A stretch of 64,000 nt of DNA from Takakia lepidozioides (GCA_030704615.1 CM060734.1:11160001-11224000), one strand, 5' to 3'; shown: positions 25,330-39,590, counted from the first letter of the stretch. Notes: generated by a model not told the origin, from the letters alone. Translations and numbers: made by a program.

Positions 25330-28300
25330 TGATAGGAACTACTTGGGAGATATCAGATCAGGAATTCGAAGACATTATAAGGATAGAGAAACAAGGGTGG
25401 GTTGAGAACTTGGATGAACCAGTCATTGAAGAAATCCCACCTATTAGTTCTAACTCTGACTTGTCTTCAGTCACAACACCATTAGTGCTATCTCAACCAA
25501 TTTTACCTACAGTTGTGGAGGGACCCATTGTGGTACCTATTGGTTTGAGGCCTTTACAAATTCCTGCTAGTTTACCTTATTTTTCTGGAGAGGCTCAGGA
25601 AAACCCCGGAAATCATGTTCAAGGGTTTATTCAAATTTGTTATTCTAACCAAGCACTTGATAATGCTTTTTGGCTTATTTGATTTCCCAATACATTAAGG
25701 GGCAAGGCGTTGATCTGGTATTGGCAACAGCCCAATGGGTGTTTTGTTACTTGGGACCAGATCCGGGATGCCTTCTTGAGTCAATTCCGTGGAGTACACC
25801 AATTCACTAGTATTCTGATGGCACTGGCGCGGATCCGCCTACAGAGGAGGTAGCAGATTTCGTGATGAGATTCCGGGAGCTTATGGGGCTCCAAAATCCG
25901 TTGACACCCTTAAACGATGAGGTGCTCAAAGATTGTTTTTTGAGTGGTTTACGAGAAGGTACTCACTTTTATGTTTTGCAGCAAAGGCCTGCAACACTAG
26001 CAGACGCTATTAATGCAGGGAATAAGTTCGACAACATGCACCAGCAAGTGCAACGAGCCAAGAGGCCGGAGCTTGCATTACCTCCCTACATCACCATTGA
26101 GCCAGCCACTGAGCCGGTTCCATTAGTGGCCATTCAGCCAGCTGTACATTATATGCCCTCGTATGTCAGGGGAGCGAGGCCATATGTTCCAGCAACGGCT
26201 ACAGGACTAGTTGCCCCTTAAGTACCACAATATGCTCGTGCAGTTCCCATCAACTCACATGCGGATTCAACCGGACAATCCGATTCGTGGGTGGGCCATC
26301 TAGAAGCACATGTGACACATCTCATGAAGATGGTCGAGACTATGACTGATCGCATGAGTTCCATCGGTCAACATATCACCAACTATGTCGACTATCCAGA
26401 CGCAATCCCAATGGAAGAATCGGGGCCCAACCCAATCCGGCAAAGGTCTGGTATTCCAAATGCAACACAACAGGTCACGCTTCTCAACATTGTCTTTATC
26501 CCATTCGGAAAAGGCAGGTAAGCCGAAACCCAAACTATCAGGGTAGGCAAAAGGATCAGAACAACCGGTCTTGTGATCAGAGAAATCGTCAGAAATGTGG
26601 GAGAACGACCCACCGAATAGAAGAATGTTGGAAAACCATTGTATGTCGTCATTGTGGTAGACAAGGTCACTCATTTGACAAATGTCCCCGCAGGCAAGTG
26701 GACCGACCCACACTTGCCACTCAACAACAAGTGGAGAGAAATCTAGATAGGCAAGGGGCTCTTTTTTCAGATCAGTGTACGACTGTTCAACCAACTTATG
26801 TGCCACTGCAGCCTAGCAGGCATTTCGCTACGCCAACACAAATTGCACAACGGCCTAGATCAGATCAAGTAGGCCCATCATATTCCAAAGGCAATGTAGC
26901 TACCGAGCAAGCGTCCCCAGGAGCATTCTCCAATCCTGCGGCTCAGATAGCCCAGGGATCTTCTAACATATGGTCTCTCTCTCAAGATGTAAGGGTGCAG
27001 GAAAAACATCAGGTGTCGACTTTGGCGGCGCCCCTGTAGCCACAGACCAACGTACAAAACCAAGCGGTGCGCCAACCGGAGACACAGCATAAGGTGAATT
27101 GGATTGCGAGTGAGCCGAGGGCTACTCTAACCATACAAGCTAGCCCCGAGAAAGGTAGCTATGCAGTTATGACTAGGCAGCAAAGAGATACGCTAGGTAA
27201 AGGACCTGGGTATGTGGTGCCTGAGTCCACGTCCTCTGCCTCGGAGCAGGACGATTTAGATTTTGCCATGATGAAGTCTGATATGCAGAAGGTAGCAACG
27301 ACAGTGCTTCGCGAAGAAGACAACATACGACCGAAGGAGAAGGAGGTGGCTTTGCAAAAGCAGACCCCTTAGTGGTGAAATCAACGCCCTCCCTTCGACC
27401 CGCGGCAAGACTGAAGGTTTCGGCATTTCGACCGGCAGTATCGGCACATCCTCGACCATGCGGTTCACCGACGAGCTAGAGCCGTACAATCTACTGGAGG
27501 ATCTACGCCACATTCAGGCAAACATCACTCTTGCCCAACTCATTACTATGGTGCCAACAATTCGGCATGCACTCAAGGCTTCATTAGTGAGGAAAAGGAT
27601 TGGACATTCAGCCCAATCTCATCATATCAGCGTGCAAGTCGATCCGGGACCAGTCGAGATTGAAGTGAAGATCGTTGACTGCATTATCCGACGCTGTTTA
27701 GTGGACGGCGGGAGTTCGGTAAACATCATGCCTCTCTCCACCTTGTCCAAGTTAGGATTGAACATGACAAGGGAATCCCCCTTGACTATCAGGATGGCCG
27801 ATCAACGGAGGATCAGGCCAGTGGGCCACATAGCGAACGTCAAAATGAAGACGGGTGGCTACACGTACGCGGTGGACTTTCAAATCATTGACTTTCCCAT
27901 CGACAAATATTCTTACGCCCTCCTATTGGGGAGGCCATGGTTGGTCCAGTCTCGAGCACGAACGGACTGGGGGGCAGGCACCATCACTTACGGGGTAAGA
28001 CCTTACATTACTACTATTGCATTTCTTTTAAGGGCACCTCATGTCATTACGGATGAGGATGAGCTTAGTGGCACAATCGGCTCCGATGAAGAGTCTGCTG
28101 ACTTGAGCAAAGAAGATTTGTGGTTGGATGAGGAAATTCCTCCGGAGCCACATGCTCACCGAGTACTGGCAATAACTACCGCGCCTCGCAGGGAGGTTAA
28201 GCGAAGGAAGGTAGGACTAGAGGATGCAGTCAGGTCCCTAGGTCCGGGATTATACAAATGCGTGTCTGATGCGGACTGCATCGCCTGGTTGTTTGGAGAA

Positions 28301-28600
28301 AACCAAGGCAAGGAGGTGATGGTACACTCGGTAGCAACCGATGCACTTTCAGAGTTCAAATTACTGACCGAGCTCTTTTCCCTATTCGCCAAACAGGTTG
28401 GTTTGCAGGAACAGGAGGTTCCTCAGGAGAAGAACGGCGAGATAGTTGACATGAAAATTGTGGAAGAGGCCGACCTAGAGAGGGATGTCATTAGACATAG
28501 CACCCCCTACACTCCATTTTTGCAGCAGGGTTCGAATGGATCCAGATTTGAGCTTGGATCAACCTTTACGTCGGAGCCAGTAACGCAGTTGGTCGACACG
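25330..28600 (+). pseudogene. Gypsy family A gag-protease, second diverged copy, truncated before RT
   Basis: LPYFSGEAQENPGNHV; LVDGGSSVNIM...LLLGRPW; collinear with 12670-15760 until QLVD. Confidence 0.92.
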
Positions 28601-30345
28601 TTGATGGAGGGTGAGGCGCTTTCTAGGATGACAAGTGAGGAAGCCCAATGGGGCTCTGAACAAGTGTCAATGTCCCAGCTGCCACTACCTCAGGAGTTTC
28701 GAGGCACGGGGTAGACGTTCGTTGCAGCTGGAGACACCACAGGGAGAGGCGTTCCCCAATCTGGTGAACGGTGTCCGGTGCAAACACTACTACATGCGAG
28801 TTCCATTAACCAATGAATTTTCCCCCACTAAGGGAGAGATCTTTAGGATTTCGTCCCGGTTTGTCGGAAGGAAATGTTGGTATTTCCTATCCATTGACTC
28901 ATTGGTTATTGGAGCTCCACAACGAGGTGGAGTGTGGGGCAACTAAGTTGCAATAATCCAATGAAACTTCTCCAATGGGAAGAAGTCAGTAGGGCTCTTA
29001 CCCAAGTAGGTTATTGACACCCTTTCTTGGAGTTCCAAGGGTAGATCTTGGGATGCGGGGCAACGCAGTTGCATTAAAGAGGTGGTTTGTTCTCCAGAGT
29101 GAATTTTTGGGTAGTTATTGGAATCCACAAGGACAGACCTCGGGATGTGGGGCACATGGAGTGCAGTAATCTAACCCACTTTGTAGAATTAGAATTCGTT
29201 TGATATGGCATAAGCTATGAAAGCTATGACCATCCAATTGCCAAGTAGAAGACTTCATACATCTTCGTTACTAATCACGTGTTGTGAGTTTATTTTCTTC
29301 TTCACCAAATGAAGAACCACAGGTGCAGGAATGGGAACAATGGGTTGGCTAATATATGCACTCTTTTTCAATGCACACTGTCGATCATCATTTGTTTTTT
29401 TTTATCACAGAGTAAATCTGTGTCTGCTCAAGCATATCTCAAGAAAAATTAACACCTTACCCCGCTGCAGCATTCCTCGTAGAGAGAGAAAAGTCAGAAG
29501 CAGTGAGGGGGTAAAAGGTGAGTTGTAGAGCAGTGGTTGTTGCTCCCCTCAAATGAGTGAATGGCGTCAGGCACAGGAAAACCCAGAAGGGCCTGTGACC
29601 TCTTCAGATAGAATGATACATTGTTCCAGAGTATGGTCCTCTGAAGTTCAAAATGGATCCAATCGTTTCTTAGGTCAAGAATTTCATCATGAACTCTGCG
29701 AAATCCATGAGAGGTCCTTGCGAGTCATGAACCAAGTTAGATTGTAGTTAGAAATGGTGCGTCTATTTCATGGGTAGGGTCCTCGGGTATCCAATCTTTT
29801 TTATTGTTACGGGAGCCAAGAATTAGGACTCCCAGAAGCATCTTGTTTAGGAGCATTTAGGCCCGTCCGAGCTCGAGTTGAGGCGTCAACATGTTACAAT
29901 GAGCTGTGCACATCCATGAGAGGTCCCTGCAAGCCATGTCAAGTAGGGTAGAACCAAAGTCCTTCCAAGGCTATTTTAGAGAAGAATCATCAATTTGCAC
30001 CACGCATAACTCTCTTACATCATCTAGGGGATTCGAACCCAGTCCGGTGGGGGAGAATGGCGGTTTTGAAGTATTTTTTATCTGGGAACTCCAACTCTCT
30101 CCGAAGAGGGCGAGCTGGGTGGTTTTGAAACATTTTTTGGCTTTTGCTTTTATTTCCTCCTCTCTCCCGGAAGACTCGAACTCTCTCCGAGGAGGAAGAG
30201 CCTGAGGGGAATTATTCTTATATGTACTCAAAGGAGTCGTTGACTCCAATGGATATCAGGGATACCCTAGTAGGGGGATTTTATGAACCAGAGATCTTGG
30301 ATTCTCTTACACTTGGGACGAGTGTTCCCCATTGGTTGCCATATA

Positions 30346-31798
30346 TGTAGATGCATATCTTGGTACACTTTTCTTTTCAGATCGTTTTTTATCATAAGAC
30401 AAGCGGTTTCGGTGCCAAAACAGGTTAGTTTGTTAGTTGTCTGGAAATCGTTGGTAAAGCACGTAGGAAATTAGACAGTGTCTGCGACGACCATGGAGTG
30501 GAACTGTGGCATCAAGATGACCGTAGGAAGCTGCATCGACAGCAGATTAGGCTGCCAATTCGGTACCAGAAATGGCAAGTTAATCCTACTCAAACAATAC
30601 AGGACGACTGTTCCAGTCCCAGATTGCGATCTCTTTTTTTTCCTGCCTTTCAAGTCCAGTAGGAACACACGGCGAGGAGCTTGACAATTGGTGGAAGCGA
30701 CATGTACAGCGATGAAATGTCGCAACAAAGCAATTGGCCGCATCGGAATGACAGCAGGTCAGGACGACTTCAAACGGCAAAGCATGGACTTGTTAGTGGT
30801 GCGGGACAACTGGAGGGGACTCCGGACAACCTATGATTCAGTGGCAGGGTCAAAGACCCCAGAGCCATCACCAGGGATTTGATTTCCAAAACTACCACAA
30901 AATCTGTGTGTAGCGAAAATACGACGAATGGCGAGAAGCACAACTTTTTACCACCGATGGAGCTGAGAATTTACAGGCTGATACAAGGTATATAATTGTA
31001 GTTTTTCACCAAGTTTGGTGATTTATGGAGCTGATTAGCAGCGGGGCCAAATTATTGAGTCGACGACACTCACGGGGCCTATTATTTGCATTTCTATTTC
31101 TTGGATGGATGAAAAATCCTGGAATTCGCCTTGAGGAGCTGGATGGATGAAATGACAACTCGCGCCAACTAGTCATCCAATTGGATGGATGAAAAACCAG
31201 CTTTCATTTGCCTCTAAGACTTTTCATCCATGTTGAATATTATGTTATAGATCCTCCAAGGAAACAATAGTTTAATGAACATTTTCCATTAGTTTATTAG
31301 GCTCAAAAATAGTATAAAAGAAGGGCAAGGCTTCCCTTGTTCTTCATCTAGTTCTTTCTCTTGCTTAGTTTCCTCTTGTTGTTGTAGTGTTGTTAGTTTG
31401 AGGCTTGAGGAGGCTAGATCCTAGGGAGTGGAGCTTGAAGCTCCCTAGTTAGGTAGAATTCTTGTGAGCTAAGGCAAGTGGCCTAGCTTGTGGGTCTTTG
31501 AGCCATCTCAATTGTGGGCCTTTGAGCCATTTCATTTGTGAAGGAAGAGGGCAATTTCATGTAGAGGAAAGTGACTTGAGGACGAATAGGAGGGGCTGGT
31601 GTGGACTTATGGACGAGAGCCCAAGTGGAGGCCGCATAGAGTACCATTACTTGAGTCGATAGAGCATCCCAAGCACTCTCGCATAGAAAGGTTGATCTCA
31701 TCTTACCATTTCACCATTTATGTATGTGATTTATTTATTTTCCAAGCAAAGCTTGAAGTTGAAAATCTAATTTAGGCTCTTCAAAAGAGGAGAGTGCA
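30346..31798. repeat. 1.45-kb dispersed repeat R, copy 2
   Basis: Collinear with 7384-8828. Confidence 0.9.
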
Positions 31799-32590
31799 CT
31801 GCCGCAGTTCCCTTGTGCAGCAAAAAAACAGACAATAGAGACAGTGAATCTTCCCTCATCTCTAAGCCACCGCCATCGCCTTAAAGAGCCCGCCTAGGCG
31901 GCGCTCACAGGAGCCATAAACACTCAAGGATTGGCAGCTCAAGGTATCTGCAGCACGAGCACCATTGCTCCTCCCAAGCCGCCATCGCGCGCGCTCTCGC
32001 AGCGCAAAAAGAAAGACGTTAGGGTTGCGCAGGGTTTTCCCCTGTCTGGCCTGTCATTCATCATTCTCAGGATGAAAAACATCCACCAGGCTGTACGTCC
32101 AACGGACGTTGTCCGTTTCTCATTCGCGGAAGATGAAAGACATCGTGCGTCCATCCTGTCTTGAACTCGACGGATGCAGTTCGCTTTTCATCTAGGTTAG
32201 ATGAAAAACATCGAGGGGTTTTTAAAAAAAAACTTTTTTATACCCGTCTTGCCCCGTATTCAGGTCCTGTCAGATGAAGTCCTTTTTTCATCCAGGTTGG
32301 ATTGAAAAAATTGACGGGAGTTTTGCAATCAGTATATTCCGGTTTGATGTTCGGATGAAGCAAAAAACCTCACAGGTATTTAGTGAAGAAATGTTTCACT
32401 AGGAAAAAAATGTATTTTGGATGAAAAACATCCAAAATTCCCTGCAACCCAATTTTTTCAATTTTTTCAAAACTGGAAGTCGGGACAACAATTCCATAAA
32501 CCCAGTTTCCAAAGGGAGAGAGAGGGAGAGAGAGGGAAACCAAAAAAAAAAAAAAAAATTGGGGGGGGGGGGGGGGGGGTGACTGAGCCC
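31797..32590. repeat. Direct copy of 43871-44655 (part of foldback unit X)
   Basis: cactgccgc(a/g)gttcccttgtgcagc...G-run gtgac in both places. Confidence 0.9.
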
Positions 32591-32773
32591 GTGGTGCTCA
32601 GTCACTCCCCCCCCCCCACCTTTTTCTTTTCTTTTTGTTGCCCCCTCTCGAGACCCCGAGCACTTGCTGCTCTCAGCCCCCGACATGCTTGGTTTTTTTT
32701 GTTTTTGATCTGGAATGTAGAGGTTGTTTCCTAATGAGGCCAACTTGTGGGTTTGCACGACAGGTGCCAGCTT

Positions 32774-34968
32774 ATGGGGAAAGAGAAGAAGTCCCTTGCC
32801 CCAAAGAAAGGGGCGGACAATCCGTTTGCTCTGCCGGCACGTGTGACACGCCAGGGCATCTCACAGTTAACCAGCCCCGTCGACAGTCGCAGCCGGAGGG
32901 CTCGTCTGCCCCCCGAGGCCAATACCCCCCTCTTGTCCACATCTTGGATGCGCCAGGGGCCGGCTCAACCAGCTCTCCTATTTGGGAGGTTGCTGCTGAG
33001 CCGGATGCTCAGTTGAGCACACCCCCGGCCAAAGGCGGGTGAAATGTACCTTGGCAAGCACATCACCCGTTCGGGGGCCCGGTATGGGCAACTTTTGGAT
33101 GTCACCCCCATAGCGATCCCTTCCTCCGCAGCAAAGGCTGCACTTGCCAAGGCCCAACGTCAGGCTCAAGGGCCTTTGAAAGCCTCCATTGCTAGCCCAA
33201 TGTTGTCGATGAGGGAGGAGGAGACAAGGAGGGCCAATGAAGTGGCCGAGATAGTGAAGCGCCTTGAAGAAGTCGAGCCGGGTGAGGGCTTCTACCCTGC
33301 TACGCATTTGGGGGGGGGGGGGGGGGGGGGGGAGGAGGTATGGCCGGTTTGGAGCGGCCTAGCCGATCAGCGACGCCGCCCCCTGAGCCTGAGCGGTCAG
33401 CAAAGAAGGGCCTAGACTACGGGGCGCCGCCGCCGACTATGCTCCACATCTGGAATCTACTTCCAGTGGCGCTCCAGGAGGGGATAGCGCGGGCACATCC
33501 GGCAACGGGGACTCCTGCCACATCGGGTGACTCCGGGGGCGAGTGGAACAAGCTTGCAAAGGTACAACTGTCGCACCTTGTTCCATGTTTTATCCTTTCC
33601 TTTGCATGCATGATTTTCTTTGTTGTTTGTTTCTTTTTTTGAATTTGGAGGGGTTATTTGTCTTCAGGAGGCAGCAACATGGCTGGCCTCATTGGTGCAG
33701 TCCGGTGGGGTTGCCAATGAGGGAGAGCATGTGGTGTTCATGAAGGACCCGAACACCAATGGTAAGAAGAAGAGGCCTCGACCTCCCGAGATCCATTTTA
33801 CCATCAATGAAGGGGCTGCCGAGGAGAGAGAGAGAAGGGATAGGGAGAAGGAGAGAGAGGAAGTAGCGGGGAAGGGGAAGGAAAAGAAGAAAAAGAAAAA
33901 GAAGTCCCATGGAGAGGAAGGGGTGAGTGTGCATGCGGGGGAGGGCAGTGGGATAACAAAGGAGCAGGGGAATGAGGCTACAAAGAAGGGAGAGGGTAGG
34001 AAGAAGAACATGGCCTTGGCGATACAGGACGTGGAGTTGGCAAAGATTGTGGTGCCACCGGTGGAGGTGAATCGCCATGGTGACCTCTGCGATGCGTTCT
34101 GGGAGGCTATGAAGAAGCCAGCCTTCAAACTCGCAATGAGGTGGTTCCCTTTGCACATCGAGTGGGCTGATCAGCACTTTGGCGCGAAGCGGGCGTATGT
34201 CCGTGAGTTAGACCGCCGGTTTCCGGGCAATTGGAGTGACACAAGGGTGATGGAGATGGTGGGGCAAAACTTGAAGGACAGGAGGTACCGTGCCAGACAG
34301 ATCATTCGGAAGGCAATGGAAAAGGGGGCCATACCCAAACCACCTTATGGAATTACACAAGATGGCAAATCCTGAATCATTTCACCTTCTATTTGTCGCA
34401 TGTGCATTAATGAGGTGGATTCGATGCAACGTATGTGTGTAATTCACTAATTTTGGGGGGGGGGGTGCATAGGTATCGTGGGATGCACTCATTGCGGGAG
34501 AGAATGATGCCGCAAACAAAGCCAAATTTGACGGGGTACGCGAAGCAACAACAGTCCGCCTTGACAAGCACGAATCCACACACAAGTGGGGTACCGGCGG
34601 ATCCAAGGGTTTTATCTTGCGATTTGTAAGTCGTACTTCCCTATGGATTTTATTATGTCTTCTTTTCTGGCTCCATCGTCGCGAAGAACTGACTTTAATT
34701 TGTGGCATGTGTAGCAACGCGCGTTTGAGAGGAAGCCATCTCCGGTAGATTACAACTACGCTAAGGAGCATGGTTGGCAATCCCTCATGAAGAACATGGC
34801 CAACACGGAGGGGATGAGGTCGGGGGTCATGGCCAGGGATTGGATGAGAGCTCTGTGGGACTTAGGGGAACGCCGCCTCATTTAGGTGCTCTGGCAAAGG
34901 GCGCGGAGTCATCAGGCTCATCGGATAGCTCTGAGTCCTCCACTGAGGATGAGGATGAGGATGACTAG
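32774..34968 (+). pseudogene. CACTA/En-Spm TnpA-like (Transposase_24-type) spliced gene, probably decayed
   Basis: IEWADQHFGAKRAYVRELDRRF...MVGQNLKDRRYRAR...PPYGI and WDALI...THKWGTGGSKGF followed by gtaagt; lies just inside a CACTA terminus. Confidence 0.6.
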
Positions 34969-35229
34969 TCCTAGTCCATGTAGGTCCCAGGGTCAGCCTA
35001 CTGACCCTTGTGAGCTTTTCAGCTGATTTCCTGTAAATATATTTCCATCTTTCCATCTTCCATCTTATTCATGTGTTGCACCGTCCTCACCCTCGATTCA
35101 TGCTTGCTCAATTGTGTACCTGCTAAATCAGAGAAATGGAAGCTGTAAGGTCTCCCATCCCCAAAAACAAAACCAGGCAAAAAACAAAAACCACCCCAAT
35201 CAATCAACCCCCAAAATCACCCCCAACCC

Positions 35230-35939
35230 CCCCCCCCATCAGGCTGCCCTCGCGACGTCCTGCGACGTGTTTTTTGGGCGAGGGTCGCAAGCCGCGACGG
35301 TCGGGCGTCGCAAATCCCATTTGCGGGCGGCAACGCCCGCACCCCCTGAGACGTGTTTTTTTGTTCTGGGGGTCGCAAGCCGCGACGCCCTGGCGTCGCG
35401 GAGCCCACCACCCTACATGCGCCACGTCTTTTATTTTTTTGATTAAATATAAAAAAAAACGACGCCAGAGCGTCGCGAAAAACCCACGCCTGGGCCTGGG
35501 CGTGGCAGAGCCCGACTCCTGCTCCTGCTGTTTTTTTTTTGCCACGCCCAATAGTCGCTTGGCGTACCACCCGGCTTACGCCACGTGTTTTTGGGTTTTA
35601 GGATGGGAATCCCGGGCAGGTTAGAAAAAAGAGGGGATGCGACGCCGCGCCGTCGCCCCCACCAACGCCGTCGGCTGGAGGGCAGCGACGGCGAGACGTC
35701 GCTCGAAGGAGGCCCCTGCCATCGGCGCGGACGGCCCGAAAAGTGACGTCCAGTAGTCGCGAGAGTTGGGGCAGGGGCTCGCGACCCCCATATGACGCAT
35801 TTTTGCGACGTCTTCATGGCGACGCCCATGCGACGGCCGGGCGTCACAAATTTGGTGCCTGCCCCGTGCCCGAAATGCGCATTTTCTCGACGCTGCGGCG
35901 TGGCCCGGGCGTCGCAAATGCCCCCCTTTTCCTGTAGTG
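35230..35939. mobile_element. CACTA terminus with GCGACG/CGTCGC subterminal repeats
   Basis: Ends ccccttttcctgtagtg (reverse complement CACTACAGGAAAAGGGG) exactly where LTR homology begins; many gcgacg/cgtcgc motifs in both orientations. Confidence 0.85.
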
Positions 35940-37031
35940 TCAGGACATGTTTTAATCCTTTCACAAGGCACTTGCCGAGCCTAGGAAGAAGAGGAAAAAT
36001 CTTCCTCTCCCAATGCCCCTCCTTCATCGAGTGCTTAAGTTCAAGTCATCTCTGATGGAAGGGCCAACGCTTCCTACCCCAGTGCCTAAAATACTTTGTC
36101 TTAGCAAAGGAGTGGCCAAAATACCTATCATAATCCAATAGGTTCACCAAGTTCAATAAGGTGGTTCTAAGCCCCTCAACTCAATAAGTTCAATCAGTTT
36201 AATCAATGCCCTTCAGCCTATAACGTGCACCACGTGCATCTATCCTATTTAAGCAATTTCGCAAATCAGAAATGCTGGAAAATAAAAGAAATAAAGAAAA
36301 TCAGGAAAAATACCTCCCCTATGGAAAATCATGTGGGGAATCCAAAGATACCCTTGGCGCCTAAAGATGCCATTGGGAACCTTGTGGGAACCCAATGAGA
36401 ACCAAGGGACATCTGGGAACCGTTCCCTGCCGCGGGGAACTGCCGCGGCCCTATCGCATGAATGAATCTCGCTGAGAGCTCATCCCTGCCACTACATTCG
36501 TTAGTCCAGAACATGCATGCGTAAATAATAAAATAACCACTGATGGGTCCAAGCCAGATTTCACCCCTTTACATTATTTTAAGGCGCTGGTGCGTTTTCC
36601 CTCTTGGAAAATGCATCCTCTACCTTGGGCTCTGACACAAAGGCGCACTATAGCCGAGTTTTTAGGACAGAGTACTTTCTCTCCTCCCTTGTCTCTCGAG
36701 GTCTTCGCCTCTAGCTCACTGCTCACAGACCCGCTTGGTTCTCTCTTGGAGTCATAAGAACGCTCCCCTCCAAGGCTACGGTACTCTATCCTTAGAGGGA
36801 TATATGAATCTAATAGCTAAAGGCAAGAATACCCCCCCATTTAAGGGAATTTGCAGACGCATTGCTCGCTGGGTAAAACGCCCCCGCCATGTGACGAGGC
36901 GCAAATCCGCGCATAGTGGTCCAATCCGTGGACCGCTGCGGTTAATGCCGGCGTCCGCCAGTCCGTCTCAGCTTTTGGTTATCCTGCGGGTAAAGACCCA
37001 CCCTCTGCTCGCACGCTTCAGGGCCTCACGC
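35940..37031 (-). mobile_element. Inverted partial LTR of family A, interrupted by the CACTA element
   Basis: Reverse complement of ~9304-10443 with a small internal deletion. Confidence 0.88.
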
Positions 37032-38739
37032 GAGGTACCACCTGCATGCTTATGACGTTCCCCTAGGAGCCCTCCTCTGGATCTTTGATGAATGGCGGCG
37101 TCTTGGTAGAACAATGAAGTCTCTCTCCCTCCCTTTATAAACCCTACCTTTTGAGACCAAGCTCTTTTTTCTTGTGCTTGGCAAGACTTTGCTTTGGTTA
37201 AGGTAGCAGTGTTGTGGTGCTGGCGGAGTCCTCCCTGCACGGTTAGGCTTGTGGAGAGATGACGACTCTCCCCCAAACAGTAAAAAAAGGCTTTTTTCTG
37301 TTTGTTTTGCTTCCCTGCTTTCTTTGGCATTCTCTGCGCTTAGATTGAAGTGTATTTGACCTCGATAGCAAGTGTGGAAGCCTGCTACTCACCTCGTGCA
37401 TCCTCACTAACTCACAATGCGTTGTGGTTGTTTTTGGGACGGGCACAGGTGAGGGCTTCCACTTAATATTTTGATGTCTAGGTGCTGCTGGATGCCAAGT
37501 GGGATTGCAGAGCAGGGGAAGGAATTGCCAGGGACTCATCTTAAAATGTTGAAAAACTAAACTACTCTATGGTTTTTCTTGATCCTACCTCTTTCCTTCC
37601 TTTATTTTTGAAGAACAAGTGTAATGCTTTCTACGATGGCTATTTTCGGCCCAGCCAATGGAAGACCTCTGCTTTGTTGTGACAGCCGGGTTTATGATGG
37701 CTTGTGTGAGAGACACACATATGTTTTCTAGGCCCTAGTTTGCTTTGCTTACCTTATGGTAGTTGGAAACAATTTGAGAGGCTGCAAGGAACTGTTTGTT
37801 GCAGCTATTCGGGTACCCATGTTGGCCCCTGTTATGTTCCAACCTGGATGGCTTTGTTAGCTAGATGCTTAGGCCAGGGTATGGTGAAGATTCTGCCTGT
37901 GGATATTCGGCTGACAATGAAATATGGCAGCAATATATAACTGGTAACTGGTTTTTGAGGCAGCCAGGGTGGTCAAGTGGAAATACCCCCTAGACATGGT
38001 GTAATGACATGGTCAAATGTGGAATGATGTGAATAGGATGTACTGACAGTATTATATATTGTCACATGATGTGTATGCAGTCCTTTATCTTTACCTTGCT
38101 GGGTCACGAACTTTGATTTTCAGCTGTAGCAAGAAATAAAGGTATAGGGGTATTCTGGAAAACTTACTAGACATATCCACCTCCCCTGTGGGGGCAAGCT
38201 GTGCTGCAGACCAGTCTAAACAAATACTGGTAGGGCAAGATATTTAAATCTGTGATGTCCAAGTGTTCTTCTTGTTCTTTTTGTTTTGGAAAAAAAACCC
38301 TCCATGACACCCATGGGGTTTGAGTAAGTATGCTGGGATTACAGCTTGCGGACAGTAAATCTGTATGACCATTTGACCTGCAACACATCAAGGCCAAAAT
38401 ATGGCTAAGTACCCGCCATCCCACCCAGACCTCTGAATGTGTATCATGATCATGATTGGTGGTCAATCAACATCAGTGGCATACTCTTTGGGTTATGAAT
38501 AATACTGACATGAACACATTATTGTGCATGGATGTAATTCTGGATTTTCTAAGCTTGATGATTGATGGATGGTGCCACTGTTAAGTGCCTGATATGTCTG
38601 ATTATTCTTTCATGACAACGACCCTAGGGGTCCTGTCATTGTCTTGACATGACAAAAATTATCTTCCCTCTCTTTTTTGCTGCTCACAAAAATAAACAAA
38701 CCACAAGGGAGAGAGGGTGCAGAAAAAGTTAAAAAGATT

Positions 38740-39150
38740 GTACTCATAAGACATTGTTTGCCGTAGCCTTGTGGCCATTGACCCCGCGCCCAGTTTGAGC
38801 GGAAATAAAAGGGATAGAACCTACCTCTGTCAGGGGCTAACATTGGTAGTAAGACTCACCTTCATATATAGAATTAATCCGGGTTTTCCAGATATCCTCT
38901 AGAAATCCCTTCACACAAGCATCAATCTGCTGTGTGTGATTTGCCCAATAACTAGGCCTCAGGAGGGCCTGGGCTTTTGGCTCAGCCTTGAGACTTTCAA
39001 AGTTGGTAAACAAAGGTACAGGCACAATTCCCTTGATAGATTTGAAGAGAGCGTTTCTTTGGTGAGAGAACCCCGGACAGTGTATGAGAAAATGAGTATT
39101 GTCTTCAGATTGCCCACACAACGGGCAATTGCACTCCCCCTTTCCTCTCT
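38740..39150 (-). mobile_element. 5'-truncated LINE tail (C-terminal CCHC zinc finger)
   Basis: CPLCGQSEDNTHFLIHCPGFSHQR...FLEDIWKTR is the typical non-LTR ORF2 C-terminus. Confidence 0.7.
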
Positions 39151-39412
39151 GCTTCTATTTGTTGTTCAAAGGTAGGCTTCCTGCTGCTCAGTCACTCCCC
39201 CCCCCCACCTTCCTCTTTTTCTTTTTGTTTCCTGATCTCTCCCTCTCTCTCCCTCTCTCCCTCTCTCCCTCTCTCCCTCTCCCTCTATAACTCTTTGGAT
39301 TTCATTTGGCCTTAACCTTTTGAGGTTATTTAGTTTTTCATCCCTACCTTTTTCATCCAAATCTGGATGATTTTATTTTATTATTGGATGATGAAACTTA
39401 ATATACAGAAAG

Positions 39413-39590
39413 CTAGAGTTACCATCTATTTTTTTCATGTAAACTGGATGATCTACATAAATAATGGTTACCTACTATAAAATCCAAGAGAATAATAAAA
39501 CTAGAGTTACCATCTATTTTTTTCATCTAAACTGGATGATCTACATAAATAATGGTTACCTACTATAAAATCCAAGAGAATAATAAAACT
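39413..39590. repeat. 88-bp tandem duplication
   Basis: ctagagttaccatctatttttttcat...gagaataataaaa at 39413 and 39501. Confidence 0.9.

Noticed and set aside
28620-30345. Possible degenerate LINE ORF1 on the minus strand (NRDEILKISPL...)
   Set aside because: Only a faint resemblance across several frameshifts; cannot be supported without a profile search.
7384-31798. Repeat R pair as the two LTRs of a 24-kb element
   Set aside because: No PBS or PPT next to them, and both ends coincide with rearrangement junctions.
35114-36055. Many overlapping ORFs on both strands
   Set aside because: GC-rich CACTA subterminal repeats with few stop codons.
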